Positions 53,492-63,711 of a DNA stretch of 64,000 nucleotides are shown piece after piece. A program made the translations under genes and the position numbers. The notes beneath the pieces are model-generated. The model ran no database searches. It had not been told where the DNA came from and saw nothing but the letters and a program-made list of their open reading frames with translations. Position 1 is the stretch's first letter. The number at the start of each line of letters is the position of its first letter. The stretch comes from a candidate division WOR_3 bacterium SM23_42. GTDB lineage: Bacteria > Hydrothermota > Tepidihabitantia > SM23-42. The DNA is taken from the NCBI GenBank assembly GCA_001303785.1, contig LJUJ01000004.1, positions 64,845 to 128,844 on the forward strand. The letters run 5' to 3'.

Positions 53492-55468
53492 CTAAAACAC
53501 ATCAAGGGGATCAACATCGATTTCTATGCTACATTTGGTGGGCTTGTAATTGGTCAGAAACCTTAATTTACGATGCGGATAATCTTTTCTAACTTTGATG
53601 ATGATGAACACACGATAGTCCTTCCTTATTTTATAGTAGAATGATCGGTTCGGCCCGAAGATCTCTGCCTTGCCAAGTTCATTCAACATACGATATATCT
53701 TTTTCGCCTCACCCCAAACGTTCTCTTCATCCTCTCCCTTGAGTCGAATCAGAATCAGCCTGGTGAATGGAGGGAAATCAAGCTCTTTACGTACCTGCAG
53801 CTCTTGTTCATAAAATCGTGCGTAGTCCTGTAATTGTCCAAAAATCGTTGAATACTGCTCGGGATGATATGTCTGCACCAGGACTTTACCGGCTTTCTTA
53901 CCCCGACCCGAACGTCCGGCGACCTGGGTGAGTACCTGAAATGTCCTTTCGCCGCTGCGGAAATCCGGCAGGTGCAGTATGATATCGGCGTTGACAATGC
54001 CCACGAGCGTGACGTCATGAAAATCGAAACCCTTGGTTACCAATTGTGTGCCGAGAAGGATTTTAGCCTTCCCTTGTTCGAATGTCTTCAAAATCGTCTG
54101 CAAACGACCCTTGCGCCGTACCGAATCTCGGTCAAGACGAACGACTAAAGATTCTTCTTTACTAGTGGTCAGCTCTTTTTCGCGTAGAATCTTGTTCAGG
54201 AGTTCCTCGATACGTTGGGTACCGGCGCCGCGGTACAAAAGAGTGCCGCGTCCGCATTTCGGGCAGATGCTTCTTATACGTGCTTGGTGGGAACAAATGT
54301 GGCATGATAGGGAGGATTTTTCTTTTTTTTCTGATTTATGATAGACAAGTGGCAAATTGCAGAATGGACATTTTGCGGTGTAACCACAGTGCGGGCATAT
54401 TAGACTCGGGGCGAAGCCCCGTCGATTCAAGAAGATTATGATTTGTTCATTATTCTTCAGGGTCGTTTCGATTTGAGCTTCCATCTTCGGAGAAATATAT
54501 GGTTTGGTTTCTTGCCTTATGTCGATAATTTCAATCTCGGGCAGCGGCCGAGCGTCGATACGTTCCTTCAGGTCGAGTAATTCGTATTTGCCTATTTCGG
54601 TATTATGATACGATTCAATTTGTGGTGTAGCACTCCCCAAGACCGCAACGATGTTTTCAAGTTTGCTCCGCGTCACGGCGACGTCGCGCGCGTTATAGTG
54701 TGGCATGCGTGTATGTTCCTTGTACGACTGGTCATGTTCTTCATCGACAATGATTATCTTCAAATCCGGGATAGGAATGAATACCGTGGAGCGAGGTCCG
54801 ATAACAACACTATACTTGCCTTCCTTGATGGCATACCAAAGCCGCCTTCGTTCCTTGTCGGTTAAGGTCGAGTGGATCGTAGCAACGTCGTCGTGAAAAC
54901 GCTCTTCGAATCGCTCGAAAAGCAATGGTGTCATCGATATCTCGGGTACGAGAACCAGAGCACGTCCGTCAGTGCGTAGCACTTTCTCAACGCATCTAAG
55001 ATAGACCTCGGTCTTGCCACTGCCAGTTATGCCGTACAACAAGAATGCTGCATAGCGATTGGCTTGCAGTGCTCCAGAAATTTTGCTGATGGCGATGCCC
55101 TGCTGATAATTCGGCTTCGGTGCTTTTGCCAGTAATGGTGCTCGTACCTGCCTCTCGACCATTTCATACTTCCTCAATATCTTTGAAGGCAGAGCAAGTC
55201 TCAGCACTTCGCCTAATGATGCCAAGTAATACTCGGCCATCCATTTGTATAGTCGCAGCAGGTTGTCGGGAATGAAGTTTTTCTCGACGAGCTCCTGTAC
55301 TTTTTTTATACCTGCGACCTCTCTTTGAGAATTCTTGTTGATAACGATGCCATATTTCACCTTATTTCTGATTGGAACCATGATTAGATCACCGGACGCG
55401 AGGTTTTCCTCGGTGAAATAAGTTAAGAAATCGAATTTTGTCCTCGGGATTGCAACATCGACTTTCAC
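53492..55468 (-). CDS. priA: primosomal protein N' (replication restart helicase PriA)
   Basis: Walker A GITGSGKTEVY, DEEHD, Cys-rich zinc-binding insertion (CPHCGYTAKCPFC...CHICSH...CPKCG). Confidence 0.9.
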   Translation of the reverse strand: MKVDVAIPRTKFDFLTYFTEENLASGDLIMVPIRNKVKYGIVINKNSQREVAGIKKVQELVEKNFIPDNLLRLYKWMAEYYLASLGEVLRLALPSKILRKYEMVERQVRAPLLAKAPKPNYQQGIAISKISGALQANRYAAFLLYGITGSGKTEVYLRCVEKVLRTDGRALVLVPEISMTPLLFERFEERFHDDVATIHSTLTDKERRRLWYAIKEGKYSVVIGPRSTVFIPIPDLKIIIVDEEHDQSYKEHTRMPHYNARDVAVTRSKLENIVAVLGSATPQIESYHNTEIGKYELLDLKERIDARPLPEIEIIDIRQETKPYISPKMEAQIETTLKNNEQIIIFLNRRGFAPSLICPHCGYTAKCPFCNLPLVYHKSEKKEKSSLSCHICSHQARIRSICPKCGRGTLLYRGAGTQRIEELLNKILREKELTTSKEESLVVRLDRDSVRRKGRLQTILKTFEQGKAKILLGTQLVTKGFDFHDVTLVGIVNADIILHLPDFRSGERTFQVLTQVAGRSGRGKKAGKVLVQTYHPEQYSTIFGQLQDYARFYEQELQVRKELDFPPFTRLILIRLKGEDEENVWGEAKKIYRMLNELGKAEIFGPNRSFYYKIRKDYRVFIIIKVRKDYPHRKLRFLTNYKPTKCSIEIDVDPLDVF

Positions 55469-55600
55469 TTCGCCATTATAACATCTTGTTTGTCCAGTGT
55501 CAATATAAGTGCAATCTTGGTAATTCCGCTTCTTGTTCTATCTTGATTCAACCACGTTAATCAAATATTTTACGCTTCTTAGAAAATTTGTTTGGTGGCC

Positions 55601-55628
55601 TTGACACCAGTATGTCACGGTATATAAT
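55601..55628 (+). promoter_or_regulatory. sigma-70 consensus promoter (TTGACA-N16-TATAAT) ending 5 nt before the ATG of the STAND regulator gene (leaderless candidate)
   Basis: TTGACA at 55601-55606, TATAAT at 55623-55628, ATG at 55634, no SD. Confidence 0.4.
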
Positions 55629-55633
55629 TTTTC

Positions 55634-58600
55634 ATGGAAGGGAAACATTACGGTATAATATTGTTGAACAAACTCCAACCACCAGGAATAAAGACCAAGA
55701 CTTTGCGACGCAGGCGCTTGCTGAATGTTATTTCAAGAAACTTGGATAAGAAACTTGTTCTACTTTTTGCGGGAGCAGGATATGGGAAGACGACTCTTTT
55801 ATCTCATATGTTGTCTGAACAGAAGTTACGCTTTGTATACTATCATCTAGAGAAAACAGACGCCGAACCAGCCGTTTTCTTTTCTTATCTCATCAATGGA
55901 ATTCGCAGATTATTTCCGAATTTTGGCTACAAGTTTGAGGGTTTGCGGCATCTCTTCAATTATCCGGAGAAGTATTTGGGGATTATCGTGGGGACTTTCG
56001 TTAATGAAGCCTTGGAAACGGTGAAAGGTGATTTGTACCTAATTCTGGAAGACTATCACATACTGGCTCCGTCTGACTCGGTTGATAAGATACTAGATTA
56101 TCTTTTCGACCACATGCCTTCGAATTTGCATTTCATAATCACCTCACGATCAAAGCCTGCGATTTCCCTTTCGCAGATGACTGCCCGTGATGAATTATTC
56201 GAATTGGGCACTAATCAGCTGAGGTTCACAAAAGAAGAAATTCGGAGACTCTTCAAGAAAACATATTCGATTTCACTCAAGGGTAAGGATCTTGATTGGG
56301 TCGAGAGATATTCGGAGGGTTGGCCCGTGAGTTTGCGATTGATGTTGCAATCCACAAATTATCTTGAAGGCATTCGGTCTTCAGATCATGTAAGGAAAGT
56401 GATAGGTAATTATTTACAATCTCAAGCGAGTCTTTTCAACTACTTCGCTCAGGAAATTTACTTCCAGGAACCAACACGAATACGTGATTTCCTTTTGGAT
56501 TGTTCAGTATTTGAGTGGTTAAGTCCGAGTTTGTGTAATGCGGCCACCGGGCGCAGGAGTTCGGCCAGGTTGTTGTCAGATTTGACGAAACGAAATGCAT
56601 TTATTGTTGAAATACCGGAAAATGGTTACCGATTTCACCATCTTTTCAGAGATTTCTTGTTTAGCAAATTCACCGATGTAAGTAGACGAAGAAATGTCTA
56701 TTTTCGTGCCGCTAATCATTTATCTAAGAAGGGCAAATTAGAGGATGCCTTAGGTTTCTATTTACGATCTCGTAATTTCAGGAAGGGTATTTCAATCATC
56801 GTGAGAATTGGGCCAAGTCTGATTGGGCAGGGTCGAAGTAATGCATTATGTTCATATGTTGAACAGATACCGGTCTCCATGCGAGATAGACTGCCCGACC
56901 TACTGACGGTTTATGCTCAGGCATTGATTCAAGAAGGACGTCAGCCCGAGGCCAAGAAACATGCTCTACGGGCTGCCTATCTTCTAAAAGATAAGAAGAG
57001 CAAACGCCGGCCGTATGCCGAATCATTATATGGATTAGGCGGTATAAGTCTTAATCTGGGCAATTTCCAAGCAGCAAAGAAGTGGTATAACCGGGCGCTG
57101 AGAGCTTGTCCAAAGGGTTCGAGTCTTGCCCGGGCATCAATCATGAACTCACTGGGTTCTTTGTATAATGAGATGGGCAGCAAGTTTCTGCCTAAGGCAA
57201 TTGGCTATTTTGCCCAGGCATTAAGTGTGACCGAGCGACATGCTTACCGGGAGCTTGAAGCGAGCATCCTGAACAATTGGGCGATGAGCGAATGGAAAAT
57301 GGGAAACCTGAATGAGGCGTATGCAAAACTCGTTAAAATAACCGATATTCTGGAGAAACATTTTTCTCCGGGTTGCGGTGCAGGGTTTTTTAATGCGGCC
57401 AGGTTGAGTCTACTGTTGGGACGCAAGAAAGAAGCAAAGGAAATTCTCGATATTGGTATGAGGACATGTAGTACGTATAATGACCAATGGTCAATGGGTA
57501 GTCTATGGGCAGGGTACGCTTTGTTGTATCAAGAATTCGGTGATCTTAATAAAGCGCAGCAGTCAGGATCAAAATCCTTGGAGATAAGTAAGAAATTAGG
57601 TATCGATCGATTGGTCATTATTGCGCATACCGAACTCTGTAAAATAAATATCGCGAATCGGAACTTCGAAGAAGCCGAAAAAAATCTCTCATCAATCTGG
57701 TTGCTTAAGAAAGAGCATGACGATACCATATACATTCCTGTTCACTTCGTTGAAGGCAAGCTTAGGATTGCACAGGGAAGGTTGCAGCGAGCCGATGAGA
57801 TTCTTGATAAAACCTTGCATTTGGCGCAGAATTTCAATAGGGCATTCGATTTGTTTCAAATTAATATTGAGTTGAGTAGACTTTATCACTTACAGAAAAA
57901 TGATGTAGACAGTATAGTGGCTTTGAGACATGCTGTGGGAATTAGCCGGCTCAAGGGTTATGAATATTTGCTAGTTAAGGAATTAATGAGTGATAGCTGG
58001 ATGCTTAAGGCAACAAGGGAAAATGATATTGATAGGCAATATGTGATGAGTACCATCAAAAAATCAAAACTTGATGTTCACTGGGTGGATGCCTTACTGT
58101 TTGGTGTACCTAAGGTCATTGTCGATGGCCAAGAAATAGAAGATGGCAGTTGGAGGACGATGAAGGCAAAGAAGCTTTTCTGCTATCTTCTGTTACATCA
58201 CACCGAAAAAACAACTAGTGATACACTAATCGATACGCTGTGGCGTAATGTATCACATAGGAAGGGTTGCGATAGCTTACGTAAAGCAGTACAATACGTC
58301 AGGGAGACCATGAAGAAAGCTTCCGGCGCCGAAAACGTGTTATTGGTTTCAAAGGGTTCTTATCAGGTCTTTCCCAGTGTTTCTGTTTGGCTTGATGTGG
58401 AGACGTTTGAAGGTTTTCTGAAGCAGGCGAAAAGTACGCAGGATGACGATCACAAGATTACCTTGCTGCACAAAGCGATTAACCTGTACAAAAGAGGTTT
58501 TGCCTATGGATGGTATGATCATTGGGTGGAAGATATGCGTCTTTACTATCAAGCCCGTTATGAAGAATGCTTATCTTTGCTAGCCGATTTTCATTACAAA

Positions 58601-58840
58601 AAGGCTGATTACAGTGATTCCGTGACGATCTACAAGGAGCTGATATCGTTGAATTCTTATGACGAGAGGTACCACCGTGGAGTAATGGTATCGCTTGCCA
58701 AGTTGCAGAAGTATAAGGAAATCGAAGAGCAGTTCAAAAAACTCGAAGAGACTTTGGACAAAGAACTCAAGGCAAGGCCGCAGACCGCAACCATTGAGCT
58801 CTACAATTCACTACTTCGACCCATCAAGGGTCGGCGTTAA
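55634..58840 (+). CDS. STAND-type NTPase - TPR - C-terminal SARP (winged-helix + BTAD) transcriptional regulator
   Basis: 1068 aa. N-terminal P-loop LLFAGAGYGKTTLL (MalT-like). Long TPR-like region. C-terminal OmpR/PhoB-type wHTH followed by a BTAD (LDVETFEGFLKQA...YHRGVMVSLAKL). Confidence 0.7.
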   Translation: MEGKHYGIILLNKLQPPGIKTKTLRRRRLLNVISRNLDKKLVLLFAGAGYGKTTLLSHMLSEQKLRFVYYHLEKTDAEPAVFFSYLINGIRRLFPNFGYKFEGLRHLFNYPEKYLGIIVGTFVNEALETVKGDLYLILEDYHILAPSDSVDKILDYLFDHMPSNLHFIITSRSKPAISLSQMTARDELFELGTNQLRFTKEEIRRLFKKTYSISLKGKDLDWVERYSEGWPVSLRLMLQSTNYLEGIRSSDHVRKVIGNYLQSQASLFNYFAQEIYFQEPTRIRDFLLDCSVFEWLSPSLCNAATGRRSSARLLSDLTKRNAFIVEIPENGYRFHHLFRDFLFSKFTDVSRRRNVYFRAANHLSKKGKLEDALGFYLRSRNFRKGISIIVRIGPSLIGQGRSNALCSYVEQIPVSMRDRLPDLLTVYAQALIQEGRQPEAKKHALRAAYLLKDKKSKRRPYAESLYGLGGISLNLGNFQAAKKWYNRALRACPKGSSLARASIMNSLGSLYNEMGSKFLPKAIGYFAQALSVTERHAYRELEASILNNWAMSEWKMGNLNEAYAKLVKITDILEKHFSPGCGAGFFNAARLSLLLGRKKEAKEILDIGMRTCSTYNDQWSMGSLWAGYALLYQEFGDLNKAQQSGSKSLEISKKLGIDRLVIIAHTELCKINIANRNFEEAEKNLSSIWLLKKEHDDTIYIPVHFVEGKLRIAQGRLQRADEILDKTLHLAQNFNRAFDLFQINIELSRLYHLQKNDVDSIVALRHAVGISRLKGYEYLLVKELMSDSWMLKATRENDIDRQYVMSTIKKSKLDVHWVDALLFGVPKVIVDGQEIEDGSWRTMKAKKLFCYLLLHHTEKTTSDTLIDTLWRNVSHRKGCDSLRKAVQYVRETMKKASGAENVLLVSKGSYQVFPSVSVWLDVETFEGFLKQAKSTQDDDHKITLLHKAINLYKRGFAYGWYDHWVEDMRLYYQARYEECLSLLADFHYKKADYSDSVTIYKELISLNSYDERYHRGVMVSLAKLQKYKEIEEQFKKLEETLDKELKARPQTATIELYNSLLRPIKGRR

Positions 58841-59084
58841 CGTCTTACTTTTACAATCTTATCACAAGTTTTTCACAAGTAAATATTACAATATAATCAG
58901 ATAGATTCTGCGATACAGTTGGCAGGCTATCTTTGGTGGATGCACCGATGGAATATATGACCGCCAAGGAATCGGTGAAAGAAAAGGAAATTATCTTGTT
59001 CTTGAGGCACCTGAAAAATGTAGGAATATTCTTTGGCGGTCATATGTGAATGAGGGTTGTGCAAGTGTAAAAAAAAGAGGAGTC

Positions 59085-61937
59085 ATGAAACACTGGTCAT
59101 TATTGATCTTGGTGACCTGCCTTTGGGCACGACAAGCAACTAATCAGTGTTCGGGTCGCGAATTCCAAAATGCGCGGCACGACATCAACAATCTAACACT
59201 AGTAATCAGCAATTTTGGTACGTTCGGGCAGAGCGAAAGCGGTAACAGTGGAGGTCTTTGGTGGCAATTCAGTGGCTACGGACTGACAAACACATACATA
59301 TATGGTGCCGGCGTGTGGTTTGGTACAATTGATTCAACCGCTGATACGCTTGTGACCATCGGTTATGGTCCGAGTGGCGGGCAATTTGAGTTCAGTCCAG
59401 GCCTTGGTGGTTGGTCGGTAACCGACCCGGATGCGATTATCTATCTGTATCCGAACCCTTGGCCGCCGAATCAGGCTAGATTGCCAATGGCGCCGTTGGA
59501 GCCGATCTCCCGTCAGGATTCCTGGTGTGTCTATAATGACTGTGATTCTTTGTATCATATGGCTGAGGATACGCGACCGATTGGCATCGAAATATACCAG
59601 ACAGGGTACGCTTGGGATTTTCCTGTGCTGGAGGACGCTGTTTTTCTTGTTTTTCAAGTGAAGAATGTTTCAGGAAATAACCTTTACGATTGCTATTTTA
59701 GCATCGGTATGGATAGCGACATTGGAAATGAGGCAGGATATTTTGCAAATGATTTGTGTGATTATATACTCGATCAAACCTACGTTATCGCAGGAGATAC
59801 AATTCACGTTGATGACCTTGTTTATCAGTGGCAGCAAGTACCTGAAGGAGGCTGGCCGGAATTCCCTGGAGTGATAGGATTTGACTTGGTACAGACACCG
59901 TTTGATTTAGAGTGGGGCCAGGATAAAGATGGGGATGAGATTCCCGACCAACGTGAACGTGACAGTGTGTACTACCGGCACAGCGTGCCACAAAATCAAT
60001 GGGACGTTGACCATGATGGCGTACCGGATTGGCGTGATGCTTCAGAAAATCCACAACTTGGCTTGACATCCTTTAAGCTGTTCACTTTGGATCTTGAGCC
60101 GAGCCGCGATAATCAACGTTATATGACAATGGCTGGCCACAACTTTGTAACCGGCCAGTATGAGCCGTTTGATTCTGCATTGACAAATCCTGGAGATCGG
60201 AGATTTCTTATGTCCAGTGGTCCATTCGACCTCGGACCAGATTCAACAGCCACGTTAGTACTTGGCATTATGTTGGCCGAATGGTTTGGTGTATACCAAA
60301 CACCCGATACTGCAATTGCGATAATCGATTACTACTGTCAGCTTACGGCGGATATGAACTGGCTACTGCCCGGACCACCGCCTGCGCCGAGTTTGACGTG
60401 TGTGCCGGGTGATGCGCGAATCACACTTATTTGGCAGAGTGCCCCCGAGACCACGCCAGACCCTTTCTTTGACATAGTTGGTGATTCCGGTTCAACCTAC
60501 TTTGATCCGTTTTATCGCCAGTATGACTTTGAAGGCTATGGGGTATGGAAGAGTCTGGATGGTGAGACTTATGAGCTTTTGACACGTTATGATTTGCATA
60601 ACGATATCATGTTCGAAGACACGGCAACGGATATCTATGCTACCAATTCTGGATTGAGACACTATTTTATCGACGAGGATGTGCGTAACGGTTTTACTTA
60701 TCACTATGCGCTGACTTCGTATGACTGTAACTATCATGCCGGTCAAGATAGTCTGGGCAATCAGTATGTGGTGCCTTTTTGGCTTGAGAGTGAAAAGGTG
60801 AGCGTTTCAGCAATCGCGCGGCGTGACCCAGCGAATTATCAGCCTGGATGTTATCACGTTGAGGCGGTGTATGGTAATCCGGTGTTGGCTGACTCTGGTG
60901 TGGATTTGGTAATCACTCATCCGTTGCAGATGACTGAAGATCCGTATTATCTTGTTTTTGGTCCCATCGAGTATGCAAATAGTGAAGCGTGTTACACTGC
61001 ATCATTATTAGATCATCTCGGTGATTTGATTGATAGTGTGCGTGTCGTGTTCTTGAGGGGGGAGCGGATTTTTCGAGATTTTGGCACGCGTAATGGGTTG
61101 AATATTAGTGTCTTATTGTGGCGTGAGGATATTCCGACCGGTGTTTCGATCTTCGAGGATGTGATGGTTGAGTCGGGGACTTATCCAGAGAGTCTATTAG
61201 TCCCGTCGTCGGGTGGGACGAACTGGGCCTATCGTGGTAATGATTTTCGGGTTTACTGGCGTGCGCTGAATGCGGGTGGTCCGGTGAATACGGTAACGGT
61301 GGTTGATGTGTACAGTGGGGATACGATTCCGTTCAAGCCGGGTACGACTGATACTCTGGCTGATGGTTGGTGTTTCGAATCAGTATCACAGACCACGGAC
61401 ACTTTGGTTTACAGTAATTGGGTGGCCATAGCGACACGTTACATGTATATCTGCGGTGGTAAGTTCCGGTTGAAACCGGCCGGTGGTTTAGTGCCTGGTG
61501 ACCCCGTGCCTTCGGAGAATGATGTGTGGTTGGTACGGGCATGTGCCGATTACTTGCCGGCGCCGGCAAATACGCGTTTAAAGATAACGCCGACACCGGC
61601 CCAGCTCACGACCGGTGAAGTCAGTCTGAATGTCAAGGTTTGTCCGAATCCATATGTTGTTACTAATGAGTGGCAGCGACATATGTTTAAGCGGAGATTG
61701 AGGTTCATCAACCTGCCGTCGCAGTGCACCATACGGGTCTTTAATATCAATGGTGAGCTCGTGAAATTGATTGAGCATCATCATACTTCTGAGGGTGGGC
61801 TGGAGGGCGATCTTGGTGGTGATGAGTGGTGGGATGGATTGAATTTGTTTCGTCAACTTGTGGCGAGCGGTGTTTATGTCTTCCATGTGCAGTCAGAAGT
61901 AGGTGAACAGGTCGGCAAATTCGTTGTGGTGCACTAA
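59085..61937 (+). CDS. large secreted T9SS cargo protein with thrombospondin-type-3-like Ca-binding repeats, paralog 1
   Basis: Signal peptide MKHWSLLILVTCLWA. Conserved N-terminal module shared with the two downstream genes. DKDGDEIPD / DVDHDGVPDWRD (DxDxDGxxDxxD). C-terminal T9SS CTD (VYVFHVQSEVGEQVGKFVVVH). The track start at 59046 is a GTG. Confidence 0.65.
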   Translation: MKHWSLLILVTCLWARQATNQCSGREFQNARHDINNLTLVISNFGTFGQSESGNSGGLWWQFSGYGLTNTYIYGAGVWFGTIDSTADTLVTIGYGPSGGQFEFSPGLGGWSVTDPDAIIYLYPNPWPPNQARLPMAPLEPISRQDSWCVYNDCDSLYHMAEDTRPIGIEIYQTGYAWDFPVLEDAVFLVFQVKNVSGNNLYDCYFSIGMDSDIGNEAGYFANDLCDYILDQTYVIAGDTIHVDDLVYQWQQVPEGGWPEFPGVIGFDLVQTPFDLEWGQDKDGDEIPDQRERDSVYYRHSVPQNQWDVDHDGVPDWRDASENPQLGLTSFKLFTLDLEPSRDNQRYMTMAGHNFVTGQYEPFDSALTNPGDRRFLMSSGPFDLGPDSTATLVLGIMLAEWFGVYQTPDTAIAIIDYYCQLTADMNWLLPGPPPAPSLTCVPGDARITLIWQSAPETTPDPFFDIVGDSGSTYFDPFYRQYDFEGYGVWKSLDGETYELLTRYDLHNDIMFEDTATDIYATNSGLRHYFIDEDVRNGFTYHYALTSYDCNYHAGQDSLGNQYVVPFWLESEKVSVSAIARRDPANYQPGCYHVEAVYGNPVLADSGVDLVITHPLQMTEDPYYLVFGPIEYANSEACYTASLLDHLGDLIDSVRVVFLRGERIFRDFGTRNGLNISVLLWREDIPTGVSIFEDVMVESGTYPESLLVPSSGGTNWAYRGNDFRVYWRALNAGGPVNTVTVVDVYSGDTIPFKPGTTDTLADGWCFESVSQTTDTLVYSNWVAIATRYMYICGGKFRLKPAGGLVPGDPVPSENDVWLVRACADYLPAPANTRLKITPTPAQLTTGEVSLNVKVCPNPYVVTNEWQRHMFKRRLRFINLPSQCTIRVFNINGELVKLIEHHHTSEGGLEGDLGGDEWWDGLNLFRQLVASGVYVFHVQSEVGEQVGKFVVVH

Positions 61938-61989
61938 GAACATCACTTATTATATGATGTGAATGCAGCTGTGCGTGCTCTTTGATGCC

Positions 61990-62017
61990 TTGACAGATTT
62001 GCGACCGCTATTATAAT
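61990..62017 (+). promoter_or_regulatory. sigma-70 consensus promoter (TTGACA-N16-TATAAT) of paralog 2
   Basis: TTGACA at 61990-61995, TATAAT at 62012-62017. GGGGG SD at 62032-36, ATG at 62041. Confidence 0.4.
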
Positions 62018-62040
62018 GAAGTATGTAGATAGGGGGAAAT

Positions 62041-63627
62041 ATGAGAAAATATGTCATAGTAATGTGTGCAATAGGGTGCCTTTTGGCAAACACAAGGTAC
62101 CCTAACTCAAACCTTCGCGAATTCCAACAAGCTCGGCATGATACCAACAATATTCAAATGGTTATTAGTAATTTCGGCACATTCGGTCAAGATGAATCGG
62201 GGAATTTGGGCGGTTGCTGGTGGTTGCCAACGGGTTGGGGTGCTTTAAATTATTATATATACGGTGCCGGTATATGGTTTGGTACGATCGATTCGCTGAC
62301 TGGCGACACACTGGTCACGATCGGCTATGGACCTAGTGGCGGACAATTCGAATTTGCGCCTGGTCTTTCAGGCTGGCCAGTTGATCATCCCGCAGCCGTA
62401 ATTTATATGTATCCAGACAACTGGCCGCCGCCAGCGGACACTCTTCCCATGGCGCCTCAGGATACGATTTCCTATCAGGATTCCTGGTGTTGTTACAACG
62501 ACAGCGACATTCAATATCATATGATTGGTGATACACGACCGATTGGTATTGAGGTGTATCAGACTGGATACGCCTGGTCTTATCCCTTCGCTGACGATAT
62601 TATCTATCTGACGTGTGATGTGAAGAACGTGTCTGGCCATAATCTGACGGACTGCTATTTTGGAGTATGTACTGACTGCGATGTCGGTAATGAAGCGGGT
62701 ACAAACGCAAACGATATGTACACAGGGATTGTTGAACGAACGTATTTAATCAATAATGATACGATCAACGTAGACGACGTGGGTTATCAGTGGCAGGAGG
62801 AGCCAGAATACGGCTGGCCTGATTTTCCTGGCGTCATAGGTTTCGACCTGTTGCAGACCCCCTTCGATTTAGTATCAGGACAGGATAAAGATGGTGATGG
62901 AATACTAGATCAATATGAGAGAGACAGCGCGTATTATGTCACCCACTTTCCACCCTCGATGTGGGATGTTGATTTGGATGGTGTTCCTGATTGGCGGGAT
63001 CCATCGCAATGGCCACAGTATGGAATGTCTGCGCTAAAGAGGTTTACTCTTGATCTCGAGCCCACTATTGATGCCGACCGTTATGCGACCTTAGCTGGTT
63101 ATAACTTTGTGACTGGCCAGTATGAACCTTACGACACAGTCATTCCTGACCCGAATGACCAGAGGTTCTTGATGTCGAGTGGACCTTTTGATCTTGCCCC
63201 TGATTCTGTTGCGACTCTCGTATTTGCCATTATGATCGCAGCTTGGCATGACATTTACGAAACTCCGGATACTGCCGTGGTTCTAGTCGATCAGCGGGTC
63301 CAGCTGCATTATGATTTGTACTGGTTTACATATACAGGGATAGAAAAGAATTACGAATTGCGGATTTCGAATTGCGAAATGAAGATAACGCCGAATCCTG
63401 TTACGTACAATGAAAATGTTCGCTTCTCATTGGATCAGCCAAGCTATATTACCTTGAAATTATACAATATATTGGGTCAGTTCGTTACGACGCTATTTGA
63501 GGGGCTAACATCTGTTGGTGAACATGAACTTCGTCTTGATGTGTCGAACCTTGCCCATGGTACCTATTTCTTAGTGCTCGAGACACCAGAGCAGAGTACA
63601 TCGCAGTCGTTTGTTGTGGTGCGTTAG
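62041..63627 (+). CDS. secreted T9SS cargo protein, paralog 2 (N-terminal module + TSP3-like repeats + CTD)
   Basis: Residue-by-residue similarity to 59085..61937 over the first ~430 aa (REFQQARHDTNNIQMVISNFGTFGQ..., GAGIWFGTID, TIGYGPSGGQFEF, DKDGDGILD, DVDLDGVPDWRD). T9SS CTD (TYFLVLETPEQSTSQSFVVVR). Confidence 0.65.
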   Translation: MRKYVIVMCAIGCLLANTRYPNSNLREFQQARHDTNNIQMVISNFGTFGQDESGNLGGCWWLPTGWGALNYYIYGAGIWFGTIDSLTGDTLVTIGYGPSGGQFEFAPGLSGWPVDHPAAVIYMYPDNWPPPADTLPMAPQDTISYQDSWCCYNDSDIQYHMIGDTRPIGIEVYQTGYAWSYPFADDIIYLTCDVKNVSGHNLTDCYFGVCTDCDVGNEAGTNANDMYTGIVERTYLINNDTINVDDVGYQWQEEPEYGWPDFPGVIGFDLLQTPFDLVSGQDKDGDGILDQYERDSAYYVTHFPPSMWDVDLDGVPDWRDPSQWPQYGMSALKRFTLDLEPTIDADRYATLAGYNFVTGQYEPYDTVIPDPNDQRFLMSSGPFDLAPDSVATLVFAIMIAAWHDIYETPDTAVVLVDQRVQLHYDLYWFTYTGIEKNYELRISNCEMKITPNPVTYNENVRFSLDQPSYITLKLYNILGQFVTTLFEGLTSVGEHELRLDVSNLAHGTYFLVLETPEQSTSQSFVVVR

Positions 63628-63711
63628 CTTGATCGATAGCTTTACTTCTCATAACATCTCAACGACACCGCTGCACCGACTGTTATTATGAAGTACGCAA
63701 CGTGAGGAGAT

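Noticed and set aside
55634-58840. Interpreting the STAND NTPase as an antiviral Avs-type defence protein
   Set aside because: Its C-terminus is a SARP DNA-binding/BTAD module and there is no nuclease or other effector domain. A signal-sensing transcription factor is the simpler reading.
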